The notes: generated by a model from the sequence alone, not told the origin. 44,311 nucleotides of DNA from Deltaproteobacteria bacterium (GCA_016218885.1 JACRCT010001062.1:1-44311), one strand, 5' to 3'. Shown: positions 8,439 through 17,680, numbered from the stretch's first letter. Numbers and translations: made by a program.

Positions 8439-8780
8439 TCACTGGTGGGGCAGCTCCCGCACGACCCTCGCGAAGGCGCGCACCGAGGGCTCGAGCACCT
8501 TCCACCAGTCGGCGATCTGTACGGGGGTCGGATCGAGCGCCAGGGTGTCGGCGCAGCGGATCAGCTCCGAGGCGGCGGCCTTGAGGTGCTCGCCTTGCGA
8601 GGTGCTCAGCTTGGCGTGCAGGCCGAGCGTCTCGAGCGCCTCGCCGAGGATCTCCACGCACACCTGCAGCCCGAGCCGATCAGCCTCGGCGAGCCCAGGC
8701 AGCCGCCCCAGGTCCCTGGCGACCTTGACGATCGCCTTGGCATGGGTGGTGACGCGCGAGACCCCGTGATCGGAGGGCAT
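8439..8780 (-). CDS. Small (113 aa) predicted all-helical protein of unknown function, the last gene of the SPFH unit.
   Basis: GC3 is high. The start lies 1 nt after the stop of the upstream SPFH gene. It has no TM segment or signal peptide, and I recognised no motif. Confidence 0.6.
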   Translation of the reverse strand: MPSDHGVSRVTTHAKAIVKVARDLGRLPGLAEADRLGLQVCVEILGEALETLGLHAKLSTSQGEHLKAAASELIRCADTLALDPTPVQIADWWKVLEPSVRAFARVVRELPHQ

Positions 8781-8781
8781 G

Positions 8782-9732
8782 TCAGGGGACCTTGATCGTA
8801 TTGGTGGCGGGACCGACGGGCCTGGCGGGGGCGGGCCGGGCCGCGCCCTGCGCCGCGAGCAGGTCGGGCAGCAGCCCGCCCGCTCTCCCGGCGGGGATCA
8901 GCGTGACCGCGGCGTCGCTCTCCAGCGCCCGCTGCGTCTCGAGGATGTCGAAGAGCGTCTGGGCCACCTCGGGATCCTGGGAGATCTTCGCCAGCGCCTC
9001 GCCCACGATGCGCGGACGCAGGGCCAGGGCCTTGGCGAACTCCACCGCCGCCTGCCGCTCCGCCGTGGAGGTGATGAGGCCCACCTGGTTGGCGCCGTCC
9101 TGGCGGATGGCGCTGGTCACCTGGCGCAGCCGGTTGACCACCTTCTCCTCGATCTGGCGGATCATCATCTCGTCGCGGAAGTGCACCTTGCGGATGTAGA
9201 CGCTGCCCAGCTGGTAGCCCCACTCGTGGCTCTTGGGGCTGACCTCGTCGCGCACCGTCCGGCTCATGGTGTGGCGGGTCTCGAGCATGTCCCCGAGCTT
9301 CATGTTCGACAGGCAGCGCACCGTGGTGTTGGAGACGTTGGCGCGCAGCGAGCCGCGGGGGTCGGTGTTCTTGAAGAGGAAGGCCACCGGGTCGGAGATG
9401 AACATCTCGTACCAGATGCCGATGCCCATCGGCGCGCCCTCCTCGGAGTTGACGGGCTGCGAGCGCAGGTACTCCTGGTCGAGGCGCATGGGGAGGACCT
9501 TGAGGGTGCCGAACCAGCGCAGGATGAACGCCGAGGGGCCGATCTTCAGCGGCAGGATGGCCAGGCCGGGCTCGTCGAGCACGCCCTTCACCTTTCCGAA
9601 GAGCGTGTAGATGTGGCAGGTGCCTTCCTCGACGATGGCGTAGAAGCCGAACATCCGGAAGAACCAGAAGACCACCGGCACCAGGATGAAGCAGGAGAAG
9701 AAGGTGATGAGCACCGCGAGCAGGAAGTCCAT
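8782..9732 (-). CDS. SPFH/Band-7 (stomatin/HflKC-like) membrane protein, paralogue B.
   Basis: The true start is the ATG at 9732 (MDFLLAVLITFFSCFILVPVVFWFF, a TM segment). The 558-aa track ORF is an out-of-context 5' extension. The SPFH core is GIGIWYEMFISDP..NVSNTTVRCLSNMKLGDMLETR..GYQLGSVYIRKVHF. It has a coiled C-terminal tail. Confidence 0.85.
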   Translation of the reverse strand: MDFLLAVLITFFSCFILVPVVFWFFRMFGFYAIVEEGTCHIYTLFGKVKGVLDEPGLAILPLKIGPSAFILRWFGTLKVLPMRLDQEYLRSQPVNSEEGAPMGIGIWYEMFISDPVAFLFKNTDPRGSLRANVSNTTVRCLSNMKLGDMLETRHTMSRTVRDEVSPKSHEWGYQLGSVYIRKVHFRDEMMIRQIEEKVVNRLRQVTSAIRQDGANQVGLITSTAERQAAVEFAKALALRPRIVGEALAKISQDPEVAQTLFDILETQRALESDAAVTLIPAGRAGGLLPDLLAAQGAARPAPARPVGPATNTIKVP

Positions 9733-10697
9733 CACTTCACCTCCGCGATCAGGTTCTTGGCGCGGGCCCACAGGCCCAGGCGCAGGTTGCGCAGGTAGAC
9801 GGGCAAGACGCCCTTTCCCGAGCTCTTGAGCGCGGTGAGCTGGTCGGCCATGGCCACCAGCGGCTCGACCTCGGCCTGCGCCTTGAGGGTCTCGATCTCC
9901 ACGGCGCGCCGGGACTGGACGATCTTCTGGTCGGAGGCGGCCTGGGCGAGGCTGATCTCCGAGGAGATCTGGTTGTGGGCGGTGTTGATGGCCGCCAGCG
10001 CCGACTCCACCTCCGGGGGCGGGTCGATCTCGGTGATGAGCGAGGCGTCGAGGACGATGCCGTAGCGCGCCACCGAGCTGCGGCACTCGCGGTCCATGTG
10101 CTCGTTGAGGTCGCGCATGTTCTTGCGGATGTCGTTGATGGACACGCCGCTGACCGCCGCCAGCCCGCCCTCGGAGGCGGCGCGCGGGGCCTCGAAGGAG
10201 GCGATGCGCTGGCGCAGCACGGAGACGAAGTAGCCCATGACGTGGGCGATGGGGTTCTTCACTCCGAACAGGCAGGCGTAGAGGTTGGACTCGGCGACGC
10301 GGTAGCGGATCTGCCCGCTCAGGCCGACGTTGAGCTGGTCGCGGGTGACGGCGTCGAGCACCGTGCCGCCGCGATTGGCCTGCGGGCTCTCGGGGTCCCA
10401 GGCCATGGAGACGGTCTCGGTGGCGATGGAGACCTTGTGCACCTTCTCCCACGGCCACTTCCAGTGCATGCCCGGGCCGATGACCCGCACCTGCGGGTAG
10501 CGGTAGCGCTGGCGCTCCTCCTCGGTGAGGGCCTGGGCCTCAGGGAGGTCGGCCGAGGTGCCGGCCAGACGATCGGCGCGCCCGAAGCTGGTGAGCACGG
10601 CGCGCTGGTTGGGGTTGATCGTGTAGATCCCGGCCACCAGGTAGCGGACCAGGAACCACGCGACGAAGCCGAAGATCATTCCTCCGAACACGTCCAT
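9732..10697 (-). CDS. SPFH/Band-7 membrane protein, paralogue A.
   Basis: It has an N-terminal TM segment (MDVFGGMIFGFVAWFLVRYLVAG). The SPFH core is INPNQRAVLTSFGR..DQLNVGLSGQIRYRV..YGIVLDASLITEIDPPPEVESALAAINTA. A GGGAGG SD lies 7 nt upstream. Its stop overlaps the start of paralogue B (TGATG). Confidence 0.85.
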   Translation of the reverse strand: MDVFGGMIFGFVAWFLVRYLVAGIYTINPNQRAVLTSFGRADRLAGTSADLPEAQALTEEERQRYRYPQVRVIGPGMHWKWPWEKVHKVSIATETVSMAWDPESPQANRGGTVLDAVTRDQLNVGLSGQIRYRVAESNLYACLFGVKNPIAHVMGYFVSVLRQRIASFEAPRAASEGGLAAVSGVSINDIRKNMRDLNEHMDRECRSSVARYGIVLDASLITEIDPPPEVESALAAINTAHNQISSEISLAQAASDQKIVQSRRAVEIETLKAQAEVEPLVAMADQLTALKSSGKGVLPVYLRNLRLGLWARAKNLIAEVK

Positions 10698-10828
10698 GCA
10701 GCGCCTCCCTTTCGCGAGAGGCTCCGGAGCATGGTCGGCCGGTGCTGACCGGTCAAGGGCGGGCCAGGGCAGTCGCCGGCTACCTGTCGGTCGACCGATC
10801 GGTCCTCTGCGGCGGGCTCTGCCCTAAG

Positions 10829-12853
10829 CTACTGCACCGAGGCGAGGTAGAACTTGTTGCTGGTCTTGTCCTCGATGCGCACCGAGCGGCCCTTGGACTC
10901 GATGGAGGTCTTCATGCCCGCGAAGCGGCTCTGCTCCACCAGGACCCAGAAGCGGCCCTTCTGCGCCAGCACGTCGTCCCAGTGGCTGTTGTCCTTGATC
11001 TGCCGCACCTGGTTCGACGAGTAGAAGGTCTCACCGCGCCAGTTCATGTAGTAGGCGATGATGGGCTCGTTGGGCGAGCCGCGCTCGTGGAAGTAGGTCC
11101 AGAAGAGCTCGCGCTGGGTCCAGTGCGGGGTGAGCTTCTCCCAGTGCACCCAGCTGAGATAGCCGGCGAAGGCCAGGGCGAGGGCGGCGAAGGTGCCGGC
11201 GAGCATGGCTTTGGCGCGCCAGACGTAGGCGAGGGCCAGCCACAGCCCGCCGCCGATGAAGAGCACGGCGAAGACCTGCTTGGGGCTGGCGTCGGCCATC
11301 GGGTAGGTGCGCTCGTACTGGTAGATGAAGAGGTTGGGCAGGACCTTGGGCTCCAGCCACATGTTCTGGGCGACGACCGCGAAGAAGCCCAGCCCCAGCA
11401 GGATGGGCACCGCGTTCTCCTCGACGCCCTCCTTCCACAGGCGGTCGGCCCACAGGGCGCAGAGGATGGCCAGGGGCGGCACCACCGGGAAGCAGTAGTG
11501 GTGGAACTTGGTGGCGCTCATGGAGAAGACGAAGAAGGAGGCCGCGGTCCAGATGGTCACGAAGAGCGCGGCGCGGTTCTTGGGCTCGGGGTTGCGCGGG
11601 GCGAGCTTGCCGATGGCCACCATCGCCCCCGGCACCAGCGCCACCCAGGGGAACATGGCGAAGCCGAGCTGCTCGATGAAGTAGGTGAAGGTGCCGCCGG
11701 GGGTCGTGGTGTGGACGCCCGCGGTCAGCCGGTTGACGTGGTCGTGGATGAAGAAGCGGTAGAAGAACCGCTTCGACTCGTCATCGACGCCTTGGAAGAG
11801 CGAGAGGGTGAGGTACCAGGGCAAGGCGATGGAGAAGAAGATGATCAGCCCGTGCACCAGCCGGGAGCGCCACAGCAGTCGCCAGTCCCAGGTGACGAGC
11901 AGGTAGACCAGCAGGATGAGGCCGGGCAGCGCGAAGCCGAGCAGCCCCTTGGCCAGGGTGGCCAGACCGAAGAAGGCGTAGGCCCAGCACCACCAGACCG
12001 TCGCCCCGCTGGTCTTGGGCCGGCCCTTCCCATCGAGCTCGCCGCGGACGGCGGGATCGAACTCGGCGATCATGAAGCAGGCGAGTCCCGAAGCCATGAG
12101 GGTGACGAAGGGGGTATCGGTCACCGCCTGTCGCGCCAGCAGCATGTAGAGCGGGCTGGTGGCAGTGGCGAAGCCGGCGATGATCCCCGCGCGCCGTCCG
12201 AAGATGCGGCGCACCGCCAGCGAGATCAGCGTCACCGCCACGATCGCCAGGGCGGCGAAGGGCAGGCGCATGCCCCACTCGGCGTAGAGGCCCAGCGCAG
12301 CGTTCTGCGTCACCGACCCTGTGGCGGCCAACCCCAGGCCCTGCAGCCACATCGTGAGCGGGGGCTTGGAGAAGAAATAGGCGTTCTCCCAGTAGGGGAA
12401 GACGAAGTCGCCCTTGGCCACCATCGTGCGCGCGACCTCGCCGTAGTGGACCTCCCACGGATCCCACAGGCCCACCGCGCCCAGCCAGGGAACGAACATC
12501 AGCGTGGCGAACAGCGCCAAGGCCGTCACGTCGCGGCGCTCCTGCGCGCGCTCGCGTCCCTCGAGCGAGACGGCCTCGAACGGCCAGAGCTGCTGCGAGA
12601 GGCCGATGAGGAACACCACCGCGCCCAGGAAGGCTCCGCCCCAGCCGACCACCGCTCGGCTCGACGAGCCGACCGCGGAGGGACCGCCCAGCGCCACCAG
12701 GATGACTCCCAAGGCGAAGAGCAAGGCACCGACCAGCAGGTTGCGCCGCGCGTTACCCGTCAGGATGGCGAGCGCCCTCTTGCCGAGCACTGCCTCGGCG
12801 AGGACGGGGTCCTCTCGGTTTTCCTTGGAGTCCTTGGCAGGGTCCTTGGCCAT
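10829..12853 (-). CDS. GT-C fold glycosyltransferase, ArnT/PMT-like (GT39/GT83), with a soluble C-terminal domain.
   Basis: It has more than 10 predicted TM segments. The first-loop signature is WDPWEVHYGEVARTMVAKGDFVFPYWENAYFFSKPPLTMW, which resembles the DE..GDW..P...Y..KPPL motif of ArnT/PMT enzymes. Confidence 0.8.
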   Translation of the reverse strand: MAKDPAKDSKENREDPVLAEAVLGKRALAILTGNARRNLLVGALLFALGVILVALGGPSAVGSSSRAVVGWGGAFLGAVVFLIGLSQQLWPFEAVSLEGRERAQERRDVTALALFATLMFVPWLGAVGLWDPWEVHYGEVARTMVAKGDFVFPYWENAYFFSKPPLTMWLQGLGLAATGSVTQNAALGLYAEWGMRLPFAALAIVAVTLISLAVRRIFGRRAGIIAGFATATSPLYMLLARQAVTDTPFVTLMASGLACFMIAEFDPAVRGELDGKGRPKTSGATVWWCWAYAFFGLATLAKGLLGFALPGLILLVYLLVTWDWRLLWRSRLVHGLIIFFSIALPWYLTLSLFQGVDDESKRFFYRFFIHDHVNRLTAGVHTTTPGGTFTYFIEQLGFAMFPWVALVPGAMVAIGKLAPRNPEPKNRAALFVTIWTAASFFVFSMSATKFHHYCFPVVPPLAILCALWADRLWKEGVEENAVPILLGLGFFAVVAQNMWLEPKVLPNLFIYQYERTYPMADASPKQVFAVLFIGGGLWLALAYVWRAKAMLAGTFAALALAFAGYLSWVHWEKLTPHWTQRELFWTYFHERGSPNEPIIAYYMNWRGETFYSSNQVRQIKDNSHWDDVLAQKGRFWVLVEQSRFAGMKTSIESKGRSVRIEDKTSNKFYLASVQ

Positions 12854-13182
12854 GCGCTCATCCCTCCTCGGGCCGCGTTCGAAGGCCGGCCTTCATACCA
12901 CGAGTCCAGCGCAGCGGCGTGCTTGGTGTTCACCGGCCCACTGCCCGCCCCCGTCCGCTTCTCGCAGCGCGTTGCAGAGCCCATTCGCGCTCGCTCCCTC
13001 CCAGTAGAGGCGAGGGGGCGAGTGTGCTATGGAAGTGCCGCTCCTGCCGTCCAGTCCGCTTCGGATCTCGCTCGACTGGCCGGGGCGCTTCACGCAAGCG
13101 CCCGTCGTTGCAGGGGAAAACATGGCAGGCAACTTAGCGCCTACATGTGCGGACAATGTCGAATCGCAACGGAGGCCATCCC

Positions 13183-15285
13183 ATGTTCAAGCACGCCCTG
13201 CTCATCGCCCTCGCGGTGATCGTTCCCGCGGCTGCTCAGGCGGAGAAATGCCCCGCCGAGCTTCCGGTGCTTTTTGTCGTGCAGGACAAGTCCGGGACGA
13301 TGGCTGATCCGCCCGATGCGAGCTGCCCGTCGTGTCCCAGCAAGTGGACGACCGCCAAGGCGGCGGTCAAGAACCTCTCGCAGCAGTACGCCAATCGCTT
13401 CCGCTTCGGCGTGCAGATGTATCCGAGAGACACCACGACCTTCAATTGCAGCACCGGCACCACGGTGACTCCGTTCCCGGCGAGCAGCGATGACGTGGCC
13501 GCGGCCTACTCCGCCGCCTCCCCCGGCGGCGGGACGCCCACCGCCGTCAGCCTCGACGCCGCCAAGACCTATCTCCAGGCCAGGCACCTGACCGAGCCGG
13601 CCTACGCGCTGCTGCTCACCGACGGCCTGCCCAACTGCAACCTCTCGCTCAATCAGGCCACCTGCACTCCGTCGCAGCCCGCATGCGCCGGCTCGAATGG
13701 CTTGGGCTCGCCCAACTGCGGCGCCAAGGGCTGCCTCGATGACCAGGGCGCCACCAGCGCCGCCGCTCGTCTGCTCGCCGCTGGCTACAAGGTCTACGTG
13801 GTGGGCTTCGACGCCACGCTGAGCGCCAACGTGAACCGCGCCGTCCTCGACGGGATGGCCGCCGCGGGCGGGACGGGGCAGGCCTACACCGCCGACGACT
13901 CCGCCTCGCTCAACGCCGCGCTGGCCGCCATCGCCTTCGACGCCACCACCTGCTGCAAGGACGTCTGCCAGAACGGCGCCGCGCAGTGCCTGGCCAACGG
14001 CCAGGTGCAGCGCTGCCAGATCGACGCCGGGGGCGAGTGCACCAACTGGACGGTGTCCGACTGCCCGCCGGCGAGCGCCTGCACCAACGGCTCCTGCGTC
14101 GCCTGCCAGAACGAGTGCGCCGTGGATGCCACGCGCTGCAGTGGGAACTCGGCGATGAAGTGCCAGATGCAGCCCAGCGGATGCACCGCCTGGGTCACCA
14201 TCGACGACTGCGGCTGGGGCGAGAAGTGCGTCAACGGGGTCTGCGAGAGCTGCGACGAGTGTAACCAGGGCGAGGAGCAGTGCGTGGGCGCTTCCGAAGT
14301 GAAGACTTGCGACCTGGATTGGCTCTCGGGCTGCAGCCAGTGGAGCACCGAGCCCTGCCCGAACGGCACGACCTGCGAGGGTGGCGCCTGCCTTGGCTGC
14401 GCCCACACCTGCAGGGCGGGGGAGCGCCGCTGCACTGGTCAGACGCCTGAGGCCTGCGTAGCCGACTCCCAGGGCTGCACCGAGTGGACTGCGGGCACGC
14501 CCTGCACCGACTTCTGCTCCGGCGGCGTGTGCGGAGCCTGCGGCACGACGTGCACCCTGAATGCGGCTCGCTGCAACGGCAACACGGTGGAGATGTGCAC
14601 CCAGGACGCGAATGGCTGCACCATCTGGTCGGCGAACGGCCCCTGCCTGCCCGACCAGTTCTGCAGCGACGGAGCGTGCCAGACCTGCCCGGTGCGCTGC
14701 ACGGTCGGCGAGAAGCAGTGCGGCGCCAACGGCATCCTCGAGTGCCAGCCCCAGGCTTCAGGCTGCAATGCCTGGGTTGCCGCCGGCGCCTGCGCCGAGG
14801 GCGAGACCTGCCGCGACGGGCACTGTGTCCCGCCCTGCCAGAACCTCTGCGATACCGGGGCGGTCACGTGCGACACCCAGGGCGCTCCCATGAAGTGCGA
14901 GCTCGCCCCCACCGGCTGCAGCGTGTGGAAGGCCTCCCCGGCCTGCGTGGGCGAGAACCAGCGCTGCATCGACGGCGTGTGCCGCGAGCGCTGCAGTGGC
15001 GCCGAGATCGAGACCTGCTCCGAGGGCATGGTCTGCACCGGCGTTCCCGAGGGCTCGTTCTGCCTGCCCGCCGACGGCTCGCCTGACGCGGGCACCGGCG
15101 GTCCGGGCACGCTGCCGGGCATCGACGACCCTTCCGAGGAGGACCCCGGAACGACGCTCAAGCCTGGCAGCAAGGCAGGTAACGCCCCCGACGGCGGCTG
15201 CGGCTGCGGCGCCACCTCTTCCGGCGCAGCCCTCTTCACCCTGGCGCCGATGGCGTTCACGCTGCTGCGCCGGCGCCGCGGCTAG
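13183..15285 (+). CDS. Secreted VWA-domain protein with ~8 Cys-rich ~45-aa modules and a MYXO-CTERM sorting signal.
   Basis: A GGAGG SD lies 7 nt upstream of the ATG at 13183. The signal peptide is MFKHALLIALAVIVPAAAQA. The VWA MIDAS-like motifs are VVQDKSGTM and LLLTDGLPN. The repeated module is C-x-G-x3-C-x8-12-GC-x2-W-x5-C-x5-C-x-G-x-C. The C-terminus is GGCGCGATSSGAALFTLAPMAFTLLRRRRG. Confidence 0.9.
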   Translation: MFKHALLIALAVIVPAAAQAEKCPAELPVLFVVQDKSGTMADPPDASCPSCPSKWTTAKAAVKNLSQQYANRFRFGVQMYPRDTTTFNCSTGTTVTPFPASSDDVAAAYSAASPGGGTPTAVSLDAAKTYLQARHLTEPAYALLLTDGLPNCNLSLNQATCTPSQPACAGSNGLGSPNCGAKGCLDDQGATSAAARLLAAGYKVYVVGFDATLSANVNRAVLDGMAAAGGTGQAYTADDSASLNAALAAIAFDATTCCKDVCQNGAAQCLANGQVQRCQIDAGGECTNWTVSDCPPASACTNGSCVACQNECAVDATRCSGNSAMKCQMQPSGCTAWVTIDDCGWGEKCVNGVCESCDECNQGEEQCVGASEVKTCDLDWLSGCSQWSTEPCPNGTTCEGGACLGCAHTCRAGERRCTGQTPEACVADSQGCTEWTAGTPCTDFCSGGVCGACGTTCTLNAARCNGNTVEMCTQDANGCTIWSANGPCLPDQFCSDGACQTCPVRCTVGEKQCGANGILECQPQASGCNAWVAAGACAEGETCRDGHCVPPCQNLCDTGAVTCDTQGAPMKCELAPTGCSVWKASPACVGENQRCIDGVCRERCSGAEIETCSEGMVCTGVPEGSFCLPADGSPDAGTGGPGTLPGIDDPSEEDPGTTLKPGSKAGNAPDGGCGCGATSSGAALFTLAPMAFTLLRRRRG
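13951..15072 (+). repeat. Coding tandem array of ~135-nt Cys-rich modules (~8 copies, diverged).
   Basis: The Cys/Trp spacing is periodic in the translated ORF 13183..15285. Confidence 0.75.
15190..15282 (+). other. MYXO-CTERM protein-sorting signal.
   Basis: DGGCGCG is followed by a hydrophobic helix and RRRRG at the extreme C-terminus. This matches the tripartite MYXO-CTERM architecture. Confidence 0.85.
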
Positions 15286-15312
15286 GCGCCTGGCCTGCTC
15301 CAGGAGCATTCG

Positions 15313-15348
15313 AGGCCCCGGGTCCGAATTCGGCCCGGGGCCTTTTTT
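15313..15348 (+). terminator. Rho-independent terminator.
   Basis: AGGCCCCGG..gaattc..CCGGGGCCT forms the stem-loop and is followed by TTTTTT (15343-15348). It lies 28 nt after the stop at 15285. Confidence 0.85.
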
Positions 15349-15448
15349 CAAGTCCGGTGATAAAGAGTAGCGAGGAGGGCCGGGAAGGGGATTGTGCGCG
15401 GTACTTGAAGTAGCATCGGGCACACCTTCGCGCTCGCCCGGACATCTT

Positions 15449-16687
15449 ATGAACATCGAAGCAACCTGCACTCCGCACCCGACCGAGACCGGCCAGTACC
15501 TGCTCTATCTGGAGCTGGCCGCGGCGGAGGAGACGAGCCAGGAGCGCAAGCCAGTTCACCTGGTGCTCTCCATCGACGCCTCGAGCTCCATGGGAGGTCC
15601 GAGGTTGGCCTGTGCGGTCGAAGCCGGGCGCGCGGTGGCCGAGCGGCTGGGGCCCGAGGACATGTTCTGCCTGCTGGCGTTCGATCGTTCCGTCCGCACA
15701 CTCTTCGGACCGGGGCTGGCCAACGACGAGGCCAAGAAGGCCATCGGCGAAGCGCTAGGCGCGCTGCGACCCGGGGTGGGCACCGCGCTCTATGACGCCC
15801 TGCAGAAGTCCCACGAGAGCCTGCGACGCGTCTTCGTGCGTGGCACCCGCCCTCACGTGGTCCTGCTCACGGACGGCTACCCCTCGGTGGGCCCCAACCG
15901 ACCAGAGACCTTTGCCGAGCTCTCCCGCCAGGCTGCCGAGGAGGGCATCGTCACCTCGGCGGTGGGGGTCGGGCTCGACTTCGACGAGGCGGCGGTCGCG
16001 GGCATCGCCGGCGGCGGCGGTGGGCGCTACAGCTTCGTGGACAAGGAGTCGGACATCCCCGGCGCCCTGTCCCGGCACCTGACCGACCTGTTCTCCATCG
16101 CCATCGAGAACGTCACCATCCGCCTCGCCCCCGGAAACTCGGTGCGCGAGGCCTCGCTGCTGCACCGCTACTCGACCAAGGTCGGCCCGGACGGGTTCGT
16201 CGTCGAGACCGGCCCCATCGGGCGCGGCAATCCCCGGCGGCTCCTCTTCGTGCTCAAGGCGTCGGGCGAGCCGACCCCGGTGGCGGCCACCATCGCCCTG
16301 ACCGTGCGTGGCTCGGCGGGGAACGAGCCGGAGACCAATCGCATCCTCTCGGTGCCGGTCAACCCCCAGAGCCCCGCCGCCAAGGAGGCGGTGCGCGAGC
16401 TGCACCGTCTCACCCTCTCCTCGCAGGAGAATGACTTCTGGGAGGCCGTGCACCACAACGATCGCGCCCTGGCCCAGAAGGCACACGATGCTGCCCTGAG
16501 AACCGTCGCCGCTCTCGAGGCCGCCGGCGCTCCTGCCGGCCAGCTCGACGCCGACCGCGGCCGACTTGCCGATCACAAGGCGGTCCTCGACGGGCGCCTG
16601 TCGGCGGAGGCCCGGGAGATGGCCCGCAAGCGATCGCACCAGACCGGCATCTCTCGGGTGACCAGCCTCTTCGAGCCCGAGAGCTGA
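15449..16687 (+). CDS. Cytoplasmic VWA-domain protein with a helical C-terminal tail.
   Basis: It has the DxSxS MIDAS motif (LVLSIDASSSMGG), GTALYDAL and VVLLTDGYP, and no signal peptide. The start is uncertain: the first ATG is at 15449, and the GTG at 15392 with a purine-rich upstream tract is an alternative. Confidence 0.8.
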   Translation: MNIEATCTPHPTETGQYLLYLELAAAEETSQERKPVHLVLSIDASSSMGGPRLACAVEAGRAVAERLGPEDMFCLLAFDRSVRTLFGPGLANDEAKKAIGEALGALRPGVGTALYDALQKSHESLRRVFVRGTRPHVVLLTDGYPSVGPNRPETFAELSRQAAEEGIVTSAVGVGLDFDEAAVAGIAGGGGGRYSFVDKESDIPGALSRHLTDLFSIAIENVTIRLAPGNSVREASLLHRYSTKVGPDGFVVETGPIGRGNPRRLLFVLKASGEPTPVAATIALTVRGSAGNEPETNRILSVPVNPQSPAAKEAVRELHRLTLSSQENDFWEAVHHNDRALAQKAHDAALRTVAALEAAGAPAGQLDADRGRLADHKAVLDGRLSAEAREMARKRSHQTGISRVTSLFEPES

Positions 16688-16717
16688 GGAGCGCCTCTAC
16701 GGCCCTTGGGTTCGGCC

Positions 16718-17680
16718 TCACCGAACGCTTGGCTTGTTCTCCTGGCGCTCCTTGGCGTCGGCCCACAGCGAGGCCGCGACCGCGAGGGCGAGCATGCTGG
16801 CCACCACGATCAGGGAGGCCGCCGCGGGCACCTTGAACCAATTGCCGGCGGCGAGGACCATCTTCAGGCCGATGAAGGCGAGCACGAAGGCCAGGCCGAC
16901 GTTGAGGTAGCGGAACTTGGCCATGAAGCCGGCGAGCAGGAAGTAGAGCGCCCGCAGGCCAAGGATGGCGAAGATGTTGGAGGTGTAGACCACGAATGGG
17001 TCGGTGGTGACCGCCAGCACCGCGGGGATGGAGTCGACGGCGAAGACGACGTCGGTGGCCTCGACCACCACCAGCACCAGGAGCAGGCGCGTGGCGACCT
17101 TCTTGCCATTCTCGGTGACAAAGAAGTGCCCGCTGGCGATGTTGTCGCTGATGCGGAAGAAGCGCGAGAAGAGCCGGTAAGCGAGGTTCTTCTGCGGGTC
17201 GACCTCCTCGCCCTTGGACACCAGGAGCTTGAAGCCGGTGTAGATGAGGAAGCCGCCGAAGACGTAGAAGAGGAAGTGGAACTTCTGCAGCAGCGCCACT
17301 CCCAGGAAGATGAAGATGGCGCGCATCACCAGCGCGCCGAGGATCCCCCAGAACAGCACGCGCCGTTGGTGCTCCCGCTCGATCTTGAAGAAGCTGAAGA
17401 GGACGATGAAGACGAAGAGGTTGTCGACCGAGAGCGCCTTCTCGAGCAGATAGGCGGTGAAGTAGTCGAGCGTGGCCGCCCCGCCGATGAAGGGCGACAT
17501 CCCGATGCCGAACGCCACCGCCAGGCCTATCCACACCAGCGCCCAGACGAGCGCCTCTTTGGCCGACATCTCGTGGTGCTTCTTGTGCACCCCGAGGTCG
17601 ATCACCAGGCAGACGACCACCAGCACGCCGAAGAGGGCCCACATGAGGGGTGTGCCCGTCGAGACCATCGCTGCTCCCAT
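16718..17680 (-). CDS. TerC-family integral membrane protein.
   Basis: YFTAYLLEKALSVDNLFVFIVLF and VVEATDVVFAVDSIPAV are duplicated TerC signatures. The start is the ATG at 17680 (MGAAMVSTG). The 676-aa track ORF is a spurious extension across the next gene. Confidence 0.9.
   Translation of the reverse strand: MGAAMVSTGTPLMWALFGVLVVVCLVIDLGVHKKHHEMSAKEALVWALVWIGLAVAFGIGMSPFIGGAATLDYFTAYLLEKALSVDNLFVFIVLFSFFKIEREHQRRVLFWGILGALVMRAIFIFLGVALLQKFHFLFYVFGGFLIYTGFKLLVSKGEEVDPQKNLAYRLFSRFFRISDNIASGHFFVTENGKKVATRLLLVLVVVEATDVVFAVDSIPAVLAVTTDPFVVYTSNIFAILGLRALYFLLAGFMAKFRYLNVGLAFVLAFIGLKMVLAAGNWFKVPAAASLIVVASMLALAVAASLWADAKERQENKPSVR

Noticed and set aside
8782-10458. Track ORFs that look like very large proteins: 558 aa at 8782..10458 (-), 676 aa at 16718..18748 (-), 521 aa at 35229..36794 (-), 568 aa at 20128..21834 (-), 452 aa at 18578..19936 (+) and 576 aa at 24004..25734 (-).
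   Set aside because: Only the C-terminal part of each is a real gene. The N-terminal part is an open out-of-context extension that overlaps the neighbouring gene or spacer. Internal ATGs with an SD and/or signal or TM segments give products of the expected family length.
13123-13138. Sigma-54-like element, TGGCAG-N5-TTAGC, upstream of the VWA/MYXO-CTERM gene.
   Set aside because: The -12 element is TTAG rather than TTGC, which puts the GC dinucleotide one position out of register with the GG. No enhancer-binding protein gene is nearby.
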